A stretch of DNA of 64,000 nucleotides from an uncultured Actinomycetes bacterium (GTDB lineage: Bacteria > Actinomycetota > Thermoleophilia > UBA2241). The notes beneath the pieces were generated by a model. The model did no database searches. It had not been told where the DNA came from and saw only the letters and a list, made by a program, of their open reading frames with translations. Shown piece by piece: positions 29,931 to 41,003 of the stretch. Numbering within the stretch: the first letter of the stretch is position 1; every line of letters begins with the position of its first letter. Made by a program: the position numbers and the translations under genes. Location of the stretch: NCBI GenBank assembly GCA_963755025.1, contig CAVWIH010000014.1, positions 160,001-224,000 on the forward strand, read 5' to 3'.

Positions 29931-31093
29931 CGCGGCCCGCCCGGGCCGAGGGCGCGCTTGAGGCGCCGCAGACCTTCTTCGAGGGTGGCGCGCGGACAGC
30001 CGAAGTTGAGGCGCAGAAAACCGGGGGCGGCGCCGAAGGCGGCGCCGTCGGACAGCGCCACGCCGGCGCGCAGGCAGGCCTTGGCCGCCTCGGCGCCGCC
30101 GGCGTCGTGGGCCGCAAGCCAGCCGCGCGCGTCGAGCCAGGCGAGGTAGGTCGCCTCGACGCGCGTCGTGGTCACCCCGGGCAGCTCGCCGCCACGAACG
30201 ACGCCACGAGGTCGGCGTTGCCGCGCAGGTAGGCGCGCAGCTCGGCGAGCCACGCGACGCCGTCGCGGTAGGCGGCTTCGGCGGCGGCGATGGCGAAGCA
30301 GCCCGGGAACGGCAGCAGCACCGGCGCCCGGCTTCGACGAAGCGCCGGCGCAGCCCCTCGTCGGGGATCACGGCGAAGGCGAAGTTGAGGCCCGGCAGGT
30401 TGAACGTCTTGCTCGGCGCCATGAGCGTGACGGTCAGCTCGTCGCCGGCGGGCGCGGCGACGGCGGACGGCACGTGGCGTCGCCGGCTCGAGGAGCAGGT
30501 CGCAGTGGATCTCGTCGGAGACCAGCACCAGGCTCGCGACGGCGGCAGAGGTCGACCACCGCGGCGACCTCGGCGGCGTTCCAGATGCGACCGAGGGGGT
30601 TGTGCGGATGGCAGAAGAGCAGCACCCTGGTCGCCGGCGTCACGGCCGCCTCGAGCTCGGCGAGCGGCAGCTCCCAGCGGTCGCCCACGCGGCGCGCGGC
30701 GACCGTCGCGAGCTCGCGCCCCTGCAGGCCGGGCGCCTCGAGGAACGGCGGGTAGGCGGGCACCACGGTGAGCACCGTCTCGCCGCGCGCCGCATACGCG
30801 CGACAGGCGAGGTTGAGGGCGGGCACGACGCCGGGCAGAAAGACGAGCGCCTCGGGCGCCACCGTCCAGCCGTAACCGTCGCGCAGGTGGGCAAGCAGGG
30901 CCGCGACGAGCGCGTCGGTGACGTGGGTGTACCCGTAGACGCCGTGGGCCGCCCGGGCCTGGAGCGCGGCGACCACCGCCGGCGGCGAGGGCAGGTCCAT
31001 GTCGGCCACCCAGAAGGGCAGCACGTCGGGCCCGTAGCGGTCCCACTTGTAGCTCGCCGTCCCGCGGCGCTCGACTACGGCGTCGAAATCCAC
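29927..31093 (-). CDS. patB: MalY/PatB PLP-dependent cystathionine beta-lyase-like aminotransferase (about 3 frameshifts)
   Basis: RRGTASYKWD, WVADMD, CHPHNPLGR, SDEIHCD, APSKTFNLPG, ATYLAWLD and RLNFGCP, distributed over three frames. Confidence 0.88.
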
Positions 31094-31318
31094 GCGTGCC
31101 TCCCGACTCTCGCGAACACGACCGGTCTCGCCCGTGGGCGGCCGGCCGCCGCCTGCGATGCTATCGTATCCGCCCCGCCGGCCGGCAAGGCCGTCGAGCC
31201 GCTCAAGCCCGGCCGACTTCGCGCCGACATCGACTCGCGGAGAGGGAGATCGCGCGGCTGCGCCCGGTACCGGCAAAAGAGAACAGCCGCCGACGTTCGT
31301 TACGGCCAAGGAGACAAC

Positions 31319-31981
31319 GTGCGCGTCAACCACCTCGCACTCACCATCACGCTCGGCGCGGCCCTGCTCGCGCTCACCGCCGGCCTCGGCGCCTGCGCGT
31401 CGAGCGGCAGCAGCACCCTGCCCGACCAGGTGACGGCCGCGGCCAAGTCGATGAGCCCCGCGCCGGCGTCGGCGTTCGGCCTCGACACCAATAAGCAGTA
31501 CCGCTTCTCGGTCGACTACCCGCTGGGCTGGCTCAGCGTCTCGGCGAAAGGGGCGACGAGCGGCGAAGCTCTGACCAGCACGCTGTGGGCCGACCCCAAG
31601 GGCAAGGTCGTCGCCGGCCACGCCCTCGACACGCTGTCGGTGTCGGTCTACGCCATGACCAAGCCGGTCAAGGCCACCGACCTGGTGAGCCACTCCGGCG
31701 ACTTCAAGGTCATCGTCGACGACCTCATCAAAGGCCTGCCCCGACTGAAGGTCACCGATGCCTTCAGGCCGGTCACCGTGAACGGCACCAAGGGCTTCCA
31801 GGTCACCTACACCTACGACTCGCAGAGCACAAAGGCCGGCGCCATGTCGTACCTCCTGCTGCCCAAGGGCCGCTACGCCTACTGGATCACCGGTCAGGCG
31901 AGCGCCGACACCTGGGCGCAGTCGTGGTCGAAGCTCACTCCGGCGATGGCCTCGTTCACGATCGTGCCGGTCAAGAGCTAG
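31319..31981 (+). CDS. Putative lipoprotein (PsbP/LpqN-like)
   Basis: Signal peptide with lipobox LGAC; YRFSVDYPLGW...; RBS AAGGAG. Confidence 0.75.
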   Translation: MRVNHLALTITLGAALLALTAGLGACASSGSSTLPDQVTAAAKSMSPAPASAFGLDTNKQYRFSVDYPLGWLSVSAKGATSGEALTSTLWADPKGKVVAGHALDTLSVSVYAMTKPVKATDLVSHSGDFKVIVDDLIKGLPRLKVTDAFRPVTVNGTKGFQVTYTYDSQSTKAGAMSYLLLPKGRYAYWITGQASADTWAQSWSKLTPAMASFTIVPVKS

Positions 31982-33344
31982 GCGCCCGCGAGGCGCCGTC
32001 GGCGGCCGGCGTCGCGGCGGCCGGCGTCGCGGCGGCCGGCGTCGCCGCGGCCAGGGCCGGCGCCTCGGCGCCGGCAGGCGAGGCCCCGACAGCGAGCGCC
32101 GGCACCGGCTCGAGCGGCAGATACCAGCGCATGAGCGCGATGATGGCGACGGCCGCACCAAGCACGTTCAGCAGGTCGAGCACGCGCACGTCGAAGATAC
32201 GGCTGCAGAGCAGCGCCGCAGCCACCCCCATGGTCACCACCGCGGCCGGATGGCCCTCGGGCGGGCGCGCCGTGAGCACGAGCGCGAGCGGCACCAGCGT
32301 CCACACGTAGGCCATCTGCCAGGCGAGCGGCGAGAAGAACAGCATGAACAGCACGGCCAGCAGCAGCACGGCGTAGCGCTCGCGGCGCTGCTGGTCGCCT
32401 GAGTCGGCACCGAACGGTGCCCGCCGCCGATTGCGGCTCGCCACGTAGGCCAGGAAGAGCAGCGCGCAGTAGCCCAGCGCCGAGGCCGCCTTGAGCACCA
32501 ACGGGTACTGCCACCAGAAGCGCAGCACCGTCTGGTTGAAGCGCGAGGGGTCGGAGACCGCGATCGAGGGCAGGGTCGTGAACAGGAACACGCGGTACAG
32601 ACCGACGTGCACCCAGGCAAGCGACGCCGCTCCCAGGACGGCGCCGCAGAGCAGCGCCTTGAGCGCCAGCCGCCAGTCGCGGAAGTAGACGACCATCACG
32701 GCGAGCAGCAGCACGGGCGTCACCTTGGTGGCGATGGCGATGGCGAGCAGCGCCGCCGACGGCCACCCCCGCCAGCGCGGATAGAGCAGAAACCCGGAGA
32801 TGGCAAAGGCCGACGCGACCAGGTCGGCCTGCCCGTTGTGCACGTGGTAGATGAACGGATACGAAGCCATGGTGAGCAGCACGGTGACGCCCAGCACCTC
32901 GAGCCGGCGCCCCGGCGTCACCCACAGAGCGACTGCCACAAGCAGCGCGAAGGCACTGAGCGTGATGGCCAGCCAGGCGCGGCGCGCGTCGTCGTAGCTG
33001 TAGTGGGCGAGCACGCCGTAGACCGGCAGGAAGGTCGGCGGGTAGATGTAGCCCGAGATCTGGGGCGTGTCGAAGCGCGGGTAGACGATGGCGCCGGTGA
33101 CGCCCGGGTGGTTGGTGTAGGGGTCGAGGCCCAGGTTCCAGTTGTGGCCGCCGGCGTAGTACTGGAAGAAGTCGTAGTTGGGCACATGCACGATCGGGTC
33201 GACGTCGTTGAAGGCGTTCGAGACGATCTCGACCCAGTAGCTCGCGGCGATCGCCGTGGCGAGCAGCACGAGCAGCACGGCGATCGTGCGCCGTGACGGC
33301 CAGGCGCCGGTCGTGCCGGACGAGACTGCGGGCGGGCGGTCCAT
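31971..33344 (-). CDS. GT87 (DUF2029) polyprenol-phosphate-sugar glycosyltransferase
   Basis: YDFFQYY, YIYPP, NGQAD, ATKVTP, NQT and SPLAW. The tail is made of AAATP repeats. Confidence 0.85.
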   Translation of the reverse strand: MDRPPAVSSGTTGAWPSRRTIAVLLVLLATAIAASYWVEIVSNAFNDVDPIVHVPNYDFFQYYAGGHNWNLGLDPYTNHPGVTGAIVYPRFDTPQISGYIYPPTFLPVYGVLAHYSYDDARRAWLAITLSAFALLVAVALWVTPGRRLEVLGVTVLLTMASYPFIYHVHNGQADLVASAFAISGFLLYPRWRGWPSAALLAIAIATKVTPVLLLAVMVVYFRDWRLALKALLCGAVLGAASLAWVHVGLYRVFLFTTLPSIAVSDPSRFNQTVLRFWWQYPLVLKAASALGYCALLFLAYVASRNRRRAPFGADSGDQQRRERYAVLLLAVLFMLFFSPLAWQMAYVWTLVPLALVLTARPPEGHPAAVVTMGVAAALLCSRIFDVRVLDLLNVLGAAVAIIALMRWYLPLEPVPALAVGASPAGAEAPALAAATPAAATPAAATPAADGASRAPSS

Positions 33345-33503
33345 GAGGCCCAGTATATCGACCGCCCGGGGCCGCGGCTTGAAGCGCACCGCGGCGGCCG
33401 CTCCTGAACGCCATCGTTTTTCGCGCGGCCCGCGCGGGCAGAACCGCTCGGGCGACCGACCGCGGCAGCTCGAGCGGCAGAGAACGAAGAGAAGGAGACG
33501 ACG

Positions 33504-33875
33504 ATGGCCAACTCGATCGTATGGGCCGACATCCCGGTGCTCGACCTGGAACGTGCCCGCAGGTTCTACGGTGCGATCCTGCAGGAAGAGGTCAAGCTGG
33601 CCCCGGGCATGGAGGGTATCGCCCTGCTGCCCGGCGAGATGGGCGAGGTGAGCGCCGACCTGGCGGTCGGCGGGAACGTCAAGCCGAGCACAGACGGCGC
33701 CACCGTCTACATCGACTGCAAGGGCGACATCGAGGGCGCGGTCGCGCGCGCGGTAGCGGCGGGCGGCGAGGTCATCATGCCGCCGAGCGACATGGGCGAG
33801 GTGGTCGGCACGATCGCCTTTCTCAAGGACACCGAGGGCAACCGCATAGGGCTGCACGTGCCGCCCAAGATGTAG
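33504..33875 (+). CDS. VOC/glyoxalase family protein
   Basis: WADIPVLDLERARRFY and FLKDTEGNRIGL. Confidence 0.92.
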   Translation: MANSIVWADIPVLDLERARRFYGAILQEEVKLAPGMEGIALLPGEMGEVSADLAVGGNVKPSTDGATVYIDCKGDIEGAVARAVAAGGEVIMPPSDMGEVVGTIAFLKDTEGNRIGLHVPPKM

Positions 33876-33908
33876 AAGCCCGCGACGGGTGGTTCGAGCG
33901 CGGGTGAC

Positions 33909-34637
33909 TCAGGTAGCCGGAACAGGCTCCCAGACGCGCATCCAGTTGATGGTGAACACCGGCGACGCCGGCACGCTGCGGTCGATCGAGCCCTGAGCGA
34001 GCACGCGCTCACCGACGGTCAGGTCGGCCAGCGTGAGCACGACGGGCTTGCCCGCGACCCAGGTGAAGATGCGGGCGGTCGGGGCGACCACGAAGGTCGT
34101 CTTCACGCCGATGACGTCCCAGAGGCCGCGCGTCACGAGCAGCGGGCGAGCGACGATCGTGCCGCCGGTCAGGTCGATCGACTTGACGGGGCCGCGGAAG
34201 GCGAACCACTTGATCTGGTTCGGGTTGAGCACGTGAGTGGCCACGACGCGATTGGCGGTGAAGACGGGCTGGGCGGGCACGGTCAGGTCGATCGCGCCGG
34301 TCACACGCACGTGGTCGCCGAGACGGATGTCGCTCATGGTGATCGCCTTGAAGAGGCGGCCGTGGGGCTTCAGGAGCTGCGTCTTGGGCGTGACCACGAC
34401 GGTCAGGTCGTCGCCCAGGTAGGGCGCGACGCCGATCGAAGCGAGCGTCACGCGCACGACCAGGCGGCCGTTGGTGGCGTCGACGGCGTCGACTTTACCG
34501 GCCGCGGTGAACGACTTGGCCGGGGTCCACCACGAGATGTGGTTCTCCGCTACTACGCCGGTCGTCGCGAAGGCGGCCGGGACGAAGCAAGCAAGCGCCA
34601 CGACCATGACGGCCAGCACGAGCAGTGCTTTCTTCAT
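33909..34637 (-). CDS. Secreted protein with two DUF5666-like (OB-fold) repeats
   Basis: Signal peptide MKKALLVLAV...AAFA and two homologous ~90-aa units (G.V..ID...G.RV...G.ID..VPA.PVFT). RBS GAGGAGGAG. Confidence 0.78.
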   Translation of the reverse strand: MKKALLVLAVMVVALACFVPAAFATTGVVAENHISWWTPAKSFTAAGKVDAVDATNGRLVVRVTLASIGVAPYLGDDLTVVVTPKTQLLKPHGRLFKAITMSDIRLGDHVRVTGAIDLTVPAQPVFTANRVVATHVLNPNQIKWFAFRGPVKSIDLTGGTIVARPLLVTRGLWDVIGVKTTFVVAPTARIFTWVAGKPVVLTLADLTVGERVLAQGSIDRSVPASPVFTINWMRVWEPVPAT

Positions 34638-34823
34638 GTTCTCCTCCTCAAGGTCAAAAGTCTCGCTGCGGGGACAGCCTCTGCACCATGGAACGTCGGC
34701 GTCGCGGCGAACCCTAGCGGCCGGTGGCGGCCCCGCGACAAAGACCCGGAGTGGTGCTAGGGTTCTGCCAGTCCAGGCGTTAAGACGATGGGCAGCCAGG
34801 AACGATTCGGGGGCGCAGTGGGC

Positions 34824-36104
34824 ATGTCGGTGGGTCAGGGTCCGGTCACGGGCGAGCAGAGGTCGCCCGGTCTCGAACCGAGCGACGAACGGCTCGTCGC
34901 CGACCTGCGACGCCATGCTCCCGACTCGCTGGCGCGCCTGCACGGTCTCTACGCGGTCGGCATCTACAACCTCGCGCTGCGCATGGTCCACCAGCGCCAG
35001 GACGCCGAGGACATCACCCACGACGTGCTCATCCGCGCCTACGAGCGCCTGCCGCGCGACTGCGAGGTACGGCTGCGCCCCTGGCTGTACCGCATCACCC
35101 TGAACCGCTGCTACGACCATCTGCGCACCGCCGCCCGCCGCCGGCCGGCCGACGTGGCCGGTCAGACCGGCCAGCCCCCCGAGCTGCCCGCCGTGGGCGA
35201 CCCGTTCGAGCAATCCGAGCTCAGCGCCCTGTTCGAGCGCACGCTCGAGACGCTGACGGCGCGCCAGCAGACGGCCCTGCTGCTCAAAGACGTCCACGGC
35301 TTCTCCACCGCCGAGCTCGCCGCCACGCTCAACGTCACGCCGGGCTCGGCCGAGGTGCTGCTGGCTCGCGCCCGCAACTCGTTCCGCGCGCGCTTTGCCG
35401 ACATCTCCGGCGTCGAAGCCCGCTCAATGCCGGCCTGGATCGGAGCCGGCCTGGTGCTGCCGCTGGTCGCGCTGCCCAAGGCGCTGCTCGTGCCCCCGGC
35501 GCCGCCGGTGCTCGCCCTGCACCCTCTGCCCGACCTCTTGGGTCACGCCGGCTTCGGCGCCGGCTACGCTGCGCCGGTCGGAGTGGCCGGCGGCAGCGTG
35601 GGCTCGGCGATCGCCAACTCGGCGGCCGTCAAGCTCGTCGCCGTGCTCGCCGCCGCCGCCACCATGACCGCCGGCGTGAGCGACATGGCGCGCCGCACCC
35701 ACCTGCCGGTGCGCCCGTCGCGGGTCGCCGCGGCGCGCACCGCGAACCCCGTCGCGCAGCACACCGTCACGGCCTCGACGGTCGGCGGCGCCACACCCGC
35801 CGCGCACTCCTCACCGCGCGCCACCTTCGCCGTCGCCGGCCTCGGAACGACGGCTTCGGCGTCGCCGTCACCGTCGCCGAGCGGCAGCGCCTCGCCGTCG
35901 GCCACTCCTTCACCGTCGCCCACCGACACCCGCCTGGGCGACGCGCCCCCCACGGCCACGCCCACGGCGTCGCCGAGCCCGACGCCCACACCCTCGCCGA
36001 GCGCCAGCGACAGCGCGACGCCCTCCCCCACGCCGAGCGCCGCGCCGAGCGCCGCGCCGAGCACGGGCGACTCGCCCAGCCCGACGCCGTCACCCACGAT
36101 CTGA
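34824..36104 (+). CDS. ECF sigma-70 factor with long C-terminal hydrophobic and Ser/Pro/Thr-rich extension
   Basis: Region 2 DAEDITHDVL / WLYRITLN and region 4 LTARQQTALLL...LARAR. Start could be 34788 or 34824. Confidence 0.88.
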   Translation: MSVGQGPVTGEQRSPGLEPSDERLVADLRRHAPDSLARLHGLYAVGIYNLALRMVHQRQDAEDITHDVLIRAYERLPRDCEVRLRPWLYRITLNRCYDHLRTAARRRPADVAGQTGQPPELPAVGDPFEQSELSALFERTLETLTARQQTALLLKDVHGFSTAELAATLNVTPGSAEVLLARARNSFRARFADISGVEARSMPAWIGAGLVLPLVALPKALLVPPAPPVLALHPLPDLLGHAGFGAGYAAPVGVAGGSVGSAIANSAAVKLVAVLAAAATMTAGVSDMARRTHLPVRPSRVAAARTANPVAQHTVTASTVGGATPAAHSSPRATFAVAGLGTTASASPSPSPSGSASPSATPSPSPTDTRLGDAPPTATPTASPSPTPTPSPSASDSATPSPTPSAAPSAAPSTGDSPSPTPSPTI

Positions 36105-36218
36105 CGGCCGCCCCGCGGCGCCGTTACCGGCTCCGGCGGGGCGGGAATACGGGGCCGTGACCATCCCCTCAAGCGCCGCCGCCCGACCGCGTCCGCGGCG
36201 CGCCACCGAAGGAGCCTC

Positions 36219-37202
<984 letters not shown>

Positions 37203-37224
37203 GCGACTCGGCCGCGGCGCCTGC

Positions 37225-38037
37225 TCAGTCGGCCGAAAGCCCCGCGAAGAACCCGAGCAGCCGCGCCCAGGCGTCGCGCGCCGCGGCGACGTGATACGAC
37301 GGCCGCGTGTCGTTGAAGAAGGCGTGCGGCGCGTCGTCGTACACGTGAGGCTCGTAGTGCTTGCCGGCGGCGCGCATGGCTTGCGCAAAGGCCGGCACCG
37401 CGTCGGTGATGCGGGGGTCGTTGCCGCCGTAGAAACCGATCACCGGGCAAGCCACCTGCGCGATCAGGGCGGCCGGCGTGGCTTCGCCGTAGAAGATGGC
37501 CGCACCGGCCAGCGCCGGCTCGTCCGCTGCCAGGCGGGCCGCGAGGCCGCCGCCCATGCACCAGCCGACGGCGGCCACGCGTCCGTCGCAGCCGGGGTCG
37601 TCGCGTAGCACGACGAACGCGTCGCGCAGGAGCGCGACGAGCGCGTCGCGGTCGCGCGGTGCGAACAGCGCGCCCAGGGTCTCCCCGACGGCGGCGCCCT
37701 CGTCGGGCGGCAGGCTGGCGAGCGCCTCGCGGCGCGCCGCGCCGTCCCACCAGGTCCCCACCGGCAGCGAGTTCAGGAACGCCTTGGCGGCGGCCACCCG
37801 CTCGGGCTGGAGCGCCGCCGGCCGGCCACCGAGCGCGTAGAGATCGGGTGCCAGGGCGCTGTAGCCCGCCGTGGCAACGCGCGCCACGAGGTCCTCGATG
37901 TGCTCGTCGACGCCCCAGATCTCCTGGATGAGCAGCACGCCGGGCAGGGGGTCGTCCGTGGCCGCCGGACGCGCGCCAAAGGCCGGGCATGGTTGCGCGC
38001 CGCTCGTGAAGTCGCGCCAGCCGCTGTCGAGTCGCAT
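37225..38037 (-). CDS. Dienelactone hydrolase family protein
   Basis: IQEIWG, APDLY, GWCMGG and PHAFFND. Confidence 0.92.
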   Translation of the reverse strand: MRLDSGWRDFTSGAQPCPAFGARPAATDDPLPGVLLIQEIWGVDEHIEDLVARVATAGYSALAPDLYALGGRPAALQPERVAAAKAFLNSLPVGTWWDGAARREALASLPPDEGAAVGETLGALFAPRDRDALVALLRDAFVVLRDDPGCDGRVAAVGWCMGGGLAARLAADEPALAGAAIFYGEATPAALIAQVACPVIGFYGGNDPRITDAVPAFAQAMRAAGKHYEPHVYDDAPHAFFNDTRPSYHVAAARDAWARLLGFFAGLSAD

Positions 38038-38202
38038 GATGTCCCTCCGCTTTGCAGGTTGCGGCGCAGCCTACACCGGCCCTTCGGCGCGAGCGGCCGT
38101 TGTCGGGCGACAGGCGCGGCCCGGCGTGATGTACTTGGCCACGAACCGGAGGTCTGTGCCGACCGACGGGCGTCCGCACAACGCCACGGCAAAGGAGCCC
38201 AC

Positions 38203-38625
38203 ATGCCGACCGAGCTTGTCATCAACGCCGAGTACCAGGGCGGCATGAGAGTGGCCGCCGGCGACGGCGACCACACGGTCACCATGGACTACCCGCTCGA
38301 GGCCGGCCAGACGGTCGCCGGCCTGACGCCGCTCAAGCTGCTCCTGGCCAGCCTGGCCGGCTGTATCGGCAACACCGTGCCCATGCTGCTCGCCAAGCGC
38401 GGCCAGCCGGTGCGCGCCCTCGAGGTCAAGGTCACGGGCCACCGCCGCGACGAGCACCCGAGCGTGTTCACGAGCATCGACGTCGAGTTCGTGCTGCACG
38501 GCGACGGCCTCGATCCTGAGGTAGTCGAGCACTGCATCACGCTGGCCGACGAGAAGCTCTGTCCCGTCTGGGCGATGATCCGCCCCGCGACGCCGATCGC
38601 CACCAGCTTCCGCATCGAGGACTAG
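38203..38625 (+). CDS. OsmC/YhfA family protein
   Basis: P.KLLLASLAGC and EKLCPV. RBS AAAGGAG. Confidence 0.9.
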   Translation: MPTELVINAEYQGGMRVAAGDGDHTVTMDYPLEAGQTVAGLTPLKLLLASLAGCIGNTVPMLLAKRGQPVRALEVKVTGHRRDEHPSVFTSIDVEFVLHGDGLDPEVVEHCITLADEKLCPVWAMIRPATPIATSFRIED

Positions 38626-38717
38626 GCGCCCGACGGGCCGGTGAGGCGGCCGGCGCCAAGACCGGGCGCCGGCGAGCAGCCGACGTCGCACGCGACACGC
38701 CGGCTGCTCGCACAGGC

Positions 38718-40817
38718 CTAAGCCTGAGCGGCGACGGGCTCCTCGGCGAGCTCGGCGAGCTTCTTCTTGAGCGTCTCGTAGAACATGCTGAGCGGGAACT
38801 CGTCGTCGAGCACGCGGTCGATCCAGGGGCGCGTGTCGGCCTCGTCCGAGTAGACCCGGGTCTCGCGCTGCCACTGCGAGCCGACGTTCGGCCGCACGAA
38901 ACGCGCCACCAGGTCGTGCGCGGCGATCCAGTAGGAGACCTTGCTCAGGTCGATGCCGTCGCGGTAGAGCTCATCGAGCAACGCCTTGAGCTCGGCCACG
39001 GCGTCGTCGACGTGCTCCCAGTCGATCAGCAACCGGTTGTCGGTCCAGCGCACGATGCCGCCGCGATGCAGGTAGGCGAACAGGAGCTGACCGCCCAGGC
39101 CGTCGTAGTTGCGCACACGGTTGCCGGTGATCGGAAAGCGCAGGATGCGGTCGAAGAGCACCCCGTACCGCACGTAGCGCGCAAACGGGAAACCCTCTCG
39201 CGCGAGCTCGCCGACCGTCTCGTAGGTGGCCAGGTCGACGCGCAGCTCCTCGAGCGAGTACATCCAGTAGGGCAGGCGCTGGCGGATCATGAACGGGTCG
39301 AAGGGCAGGTCGCCGTGGCTGTGCCAGCGGTCGTGGATCATGTCCCAGAGGATGTAGACGTCGCGCGAGAGGTCGCCGCTGGCCACGAGGGCGGCGGCGT
39401 CGGGCGGCAGATCGATGCGCAGGGCCTCGGCGGCGCGCTGCGTAGAGCGCTGAAAGCGCGCCGACTCGCGGTCGCAGAAGATGCCGCCGAAGTTGTTGGT
39501 CGGCCGCTCCGCCACGCTGACCGTCTCGGGGAACAGCACTGCGCACTCGCCGTCGTAGCCCGCCGTGTGGTCGACCAGCTGCACCGGCACGAACTTCGCG
39601 TTGTCGAAGCCGCCGCGCTCGAGGCGGTCGATGAACTCGGGCCACGGGGTGCGCACGATGAGCGCCTCGAAGCGCGTGTCGGGCGAGCCGTTGGGCGTGT
39701 ACATGGGGAACACGACCAGGTGTTCGATGCCGTCGGCCCTCGACAGCTCCGGGCGAAAGACCGCCAGCGAGGGGCCGAAGTCGGGCTTGCCGAAGCCCTC
39801 GTCGGCCCAGCGGCGCAGGTCGAGCACGACCTGGGCGAGGTAGTCGCGCTGGTGGGGAAAGTGGTGGCCCAGCTCGCCGATGGCCGCGGTCATGGCGGCG
39901 ACGCGGGCGCCGGCCTCGGCGCCGTCGCGGCGCCCGAGGTCGATCTCGCCCTTGGGCTCCTGCAAGGCGCGCAGCGCGTCGGTCTCGTCGCGCAGGCGCT
40001 CCCAGGCCGGGTCGCCGGCCGCCGACGACACGATCGCCTCGGGCTCGGCGCGAAAGGCCGGCAGGGCGACCCAGTAGAGGCAGTTGAGCCACAGGCGCTG
40101 GTGATCGAGCACGCCCAGGGCGTCGTCGCCGAACAGGTCCGAGTCGGCGGTCACGACCACCCGGCCCTCGCCGTAGCGCACCGCGGCGAGCAGACCGGCG
40201 CGCGGCGGGTAGGCATCGTCGCCGGCGCGCAGCACGATGGCGCCCTCGCGCTCGGCGCGCAGCGCGCCAGCGCGGTAGAAGCAGACGGTGCGCACGAGGT
40301 GCAGCAGGCTCGTCTCGTCGGCGTTCTCGTCGGGCTCGCCGAACACCCAGGTCGGGGCGCCGTTGTTGCGCACGTAGTCCTCGACCGTGCGGCTGTCGAG
40401 GGCCAGGCCAAAGCGCTCCAGCAGCTCGCTCAGGTTGGCGCCGTACTTGTCCTCTTCGGTCTCGCCCAGCACGACCAGGCCGCCGCCGTCGGCGACGAAG
40501 GCGGCGACCGCCTCGATCTCGGGGACCGACAGGACGGGGGAACCGCCCACGGTGCGCTCCCAGCGCGCGTCGGAGGGGTGGGCGATGACCAGCACGTCGA
40601 CGCCGCTCAAGGCGTCGGCCGACAGCGGTCCCGCCGCCAGCGTCGCGACGTCGAAGTCGCGCTCGGCGAGCGCCGCGGCGGCGAGCGCGTACGACGACCC
40701 CGCGGGGTGCTCAGGCTGGATCGCCGCGGCGACGTCTGGCCGCACGCTCCAGGCCTCACCGTGTGACTCATCGAACAGCACGCGCGCGACCTTGCGCTGG
40801 CGCAACGAATACGGCAT
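38718..40817 (-). CDS. Fusion of a GATase-like (DUF4350/GIFT-like) domain and a DUF6421-like domain
   Basis: N-terminal VLFDESHGE...FVADGGGLVVLGE...DSDLFGD; C-terminal LVVFPMYTPNG, FCDRESAR, HDRWHSHGDLPFDPF and RNYDGLGGQLL. RBS AAGGAGG. Confidence 0.78.
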   Translation of the reverse strand: MPYSLRQRKVARVLFDESHGEAWSVRPDVAAAIQPEHPAGSSYALAAAALAERDFDVATLAAGPLSADALSGVDVLVIAHPSDARWERTVGGSPVLSVPEIEAVAAFVADGGGLVVLGETEEDKYGANLSELLERFGLALDSRTVEDYVRNNGAPTWVFGEPDENADETSLLHLVRTVCFYRAGALRAEREGAIVLRAGDDAYPPRAGLLAAVRYGEGRVVVTADSDLFGDDALGVLDHQRLWLNCLYWVALPAFRAEPEAIVSSAAGDPAWERLRDETDALRALQEPKGEIDLGRRDGAEAGARVAAMTAAIGELGHHFPHQRDYLAQVVLDLRRWADEGFGKPDFGPSLAVFRPELSRADGIEHLVVFPMYTPNGSPDTRFEALIVRTPWPEFIDRLERGGFDNAKFVPVQLVDHTAGYDGECAVLFPETVSVAERPTNNFGGIFCDRESARFQRSTQRAAEALRIDLPPDAAALVASGDLSRDVYILWDMIHDRWHSHGDLPFDPFMIRQRLPYWMYSLEELRVDLATYETVGELAREGFPFARYVRYGVLFDRILRFPITGNRVRNYDGLGGQLLFAYLHRGGIVRWTDNRLLIDWEHVDDAVAELKALLDELYRDGIDLSKVSYWIAAHDLVARFVRPNVGSQWQRETRVYSDEADTRPWIDRVLDDEFPLSMFYETLKKKLAELAEEPVAAQA

Positions 40818-41003
40818 CGGGAGCCTCCTTGCTGCCGGCCGGCCGCGGCGCGTGCCGGACCATGATCGTCGACCCTTCAGGATTGTCCCAGCGCGGCGAG
40901 CCCCCAAAACCAGCGGCGCGGCGGCGAGATTTGAGTTTCGGGCCGGCCCCGCCGACAATCACAAGCAGGAGTCCGTCGCGACCACGCCCACCGGAGGGTC
41001 CCC

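Noticed and set aside
28449-31046. 865-aa PatB-GlpK fusion
   Set aside because: The upstream part is mostly off-frame patB sequence. GlpK starts at 29930, overlapping the patB stop.
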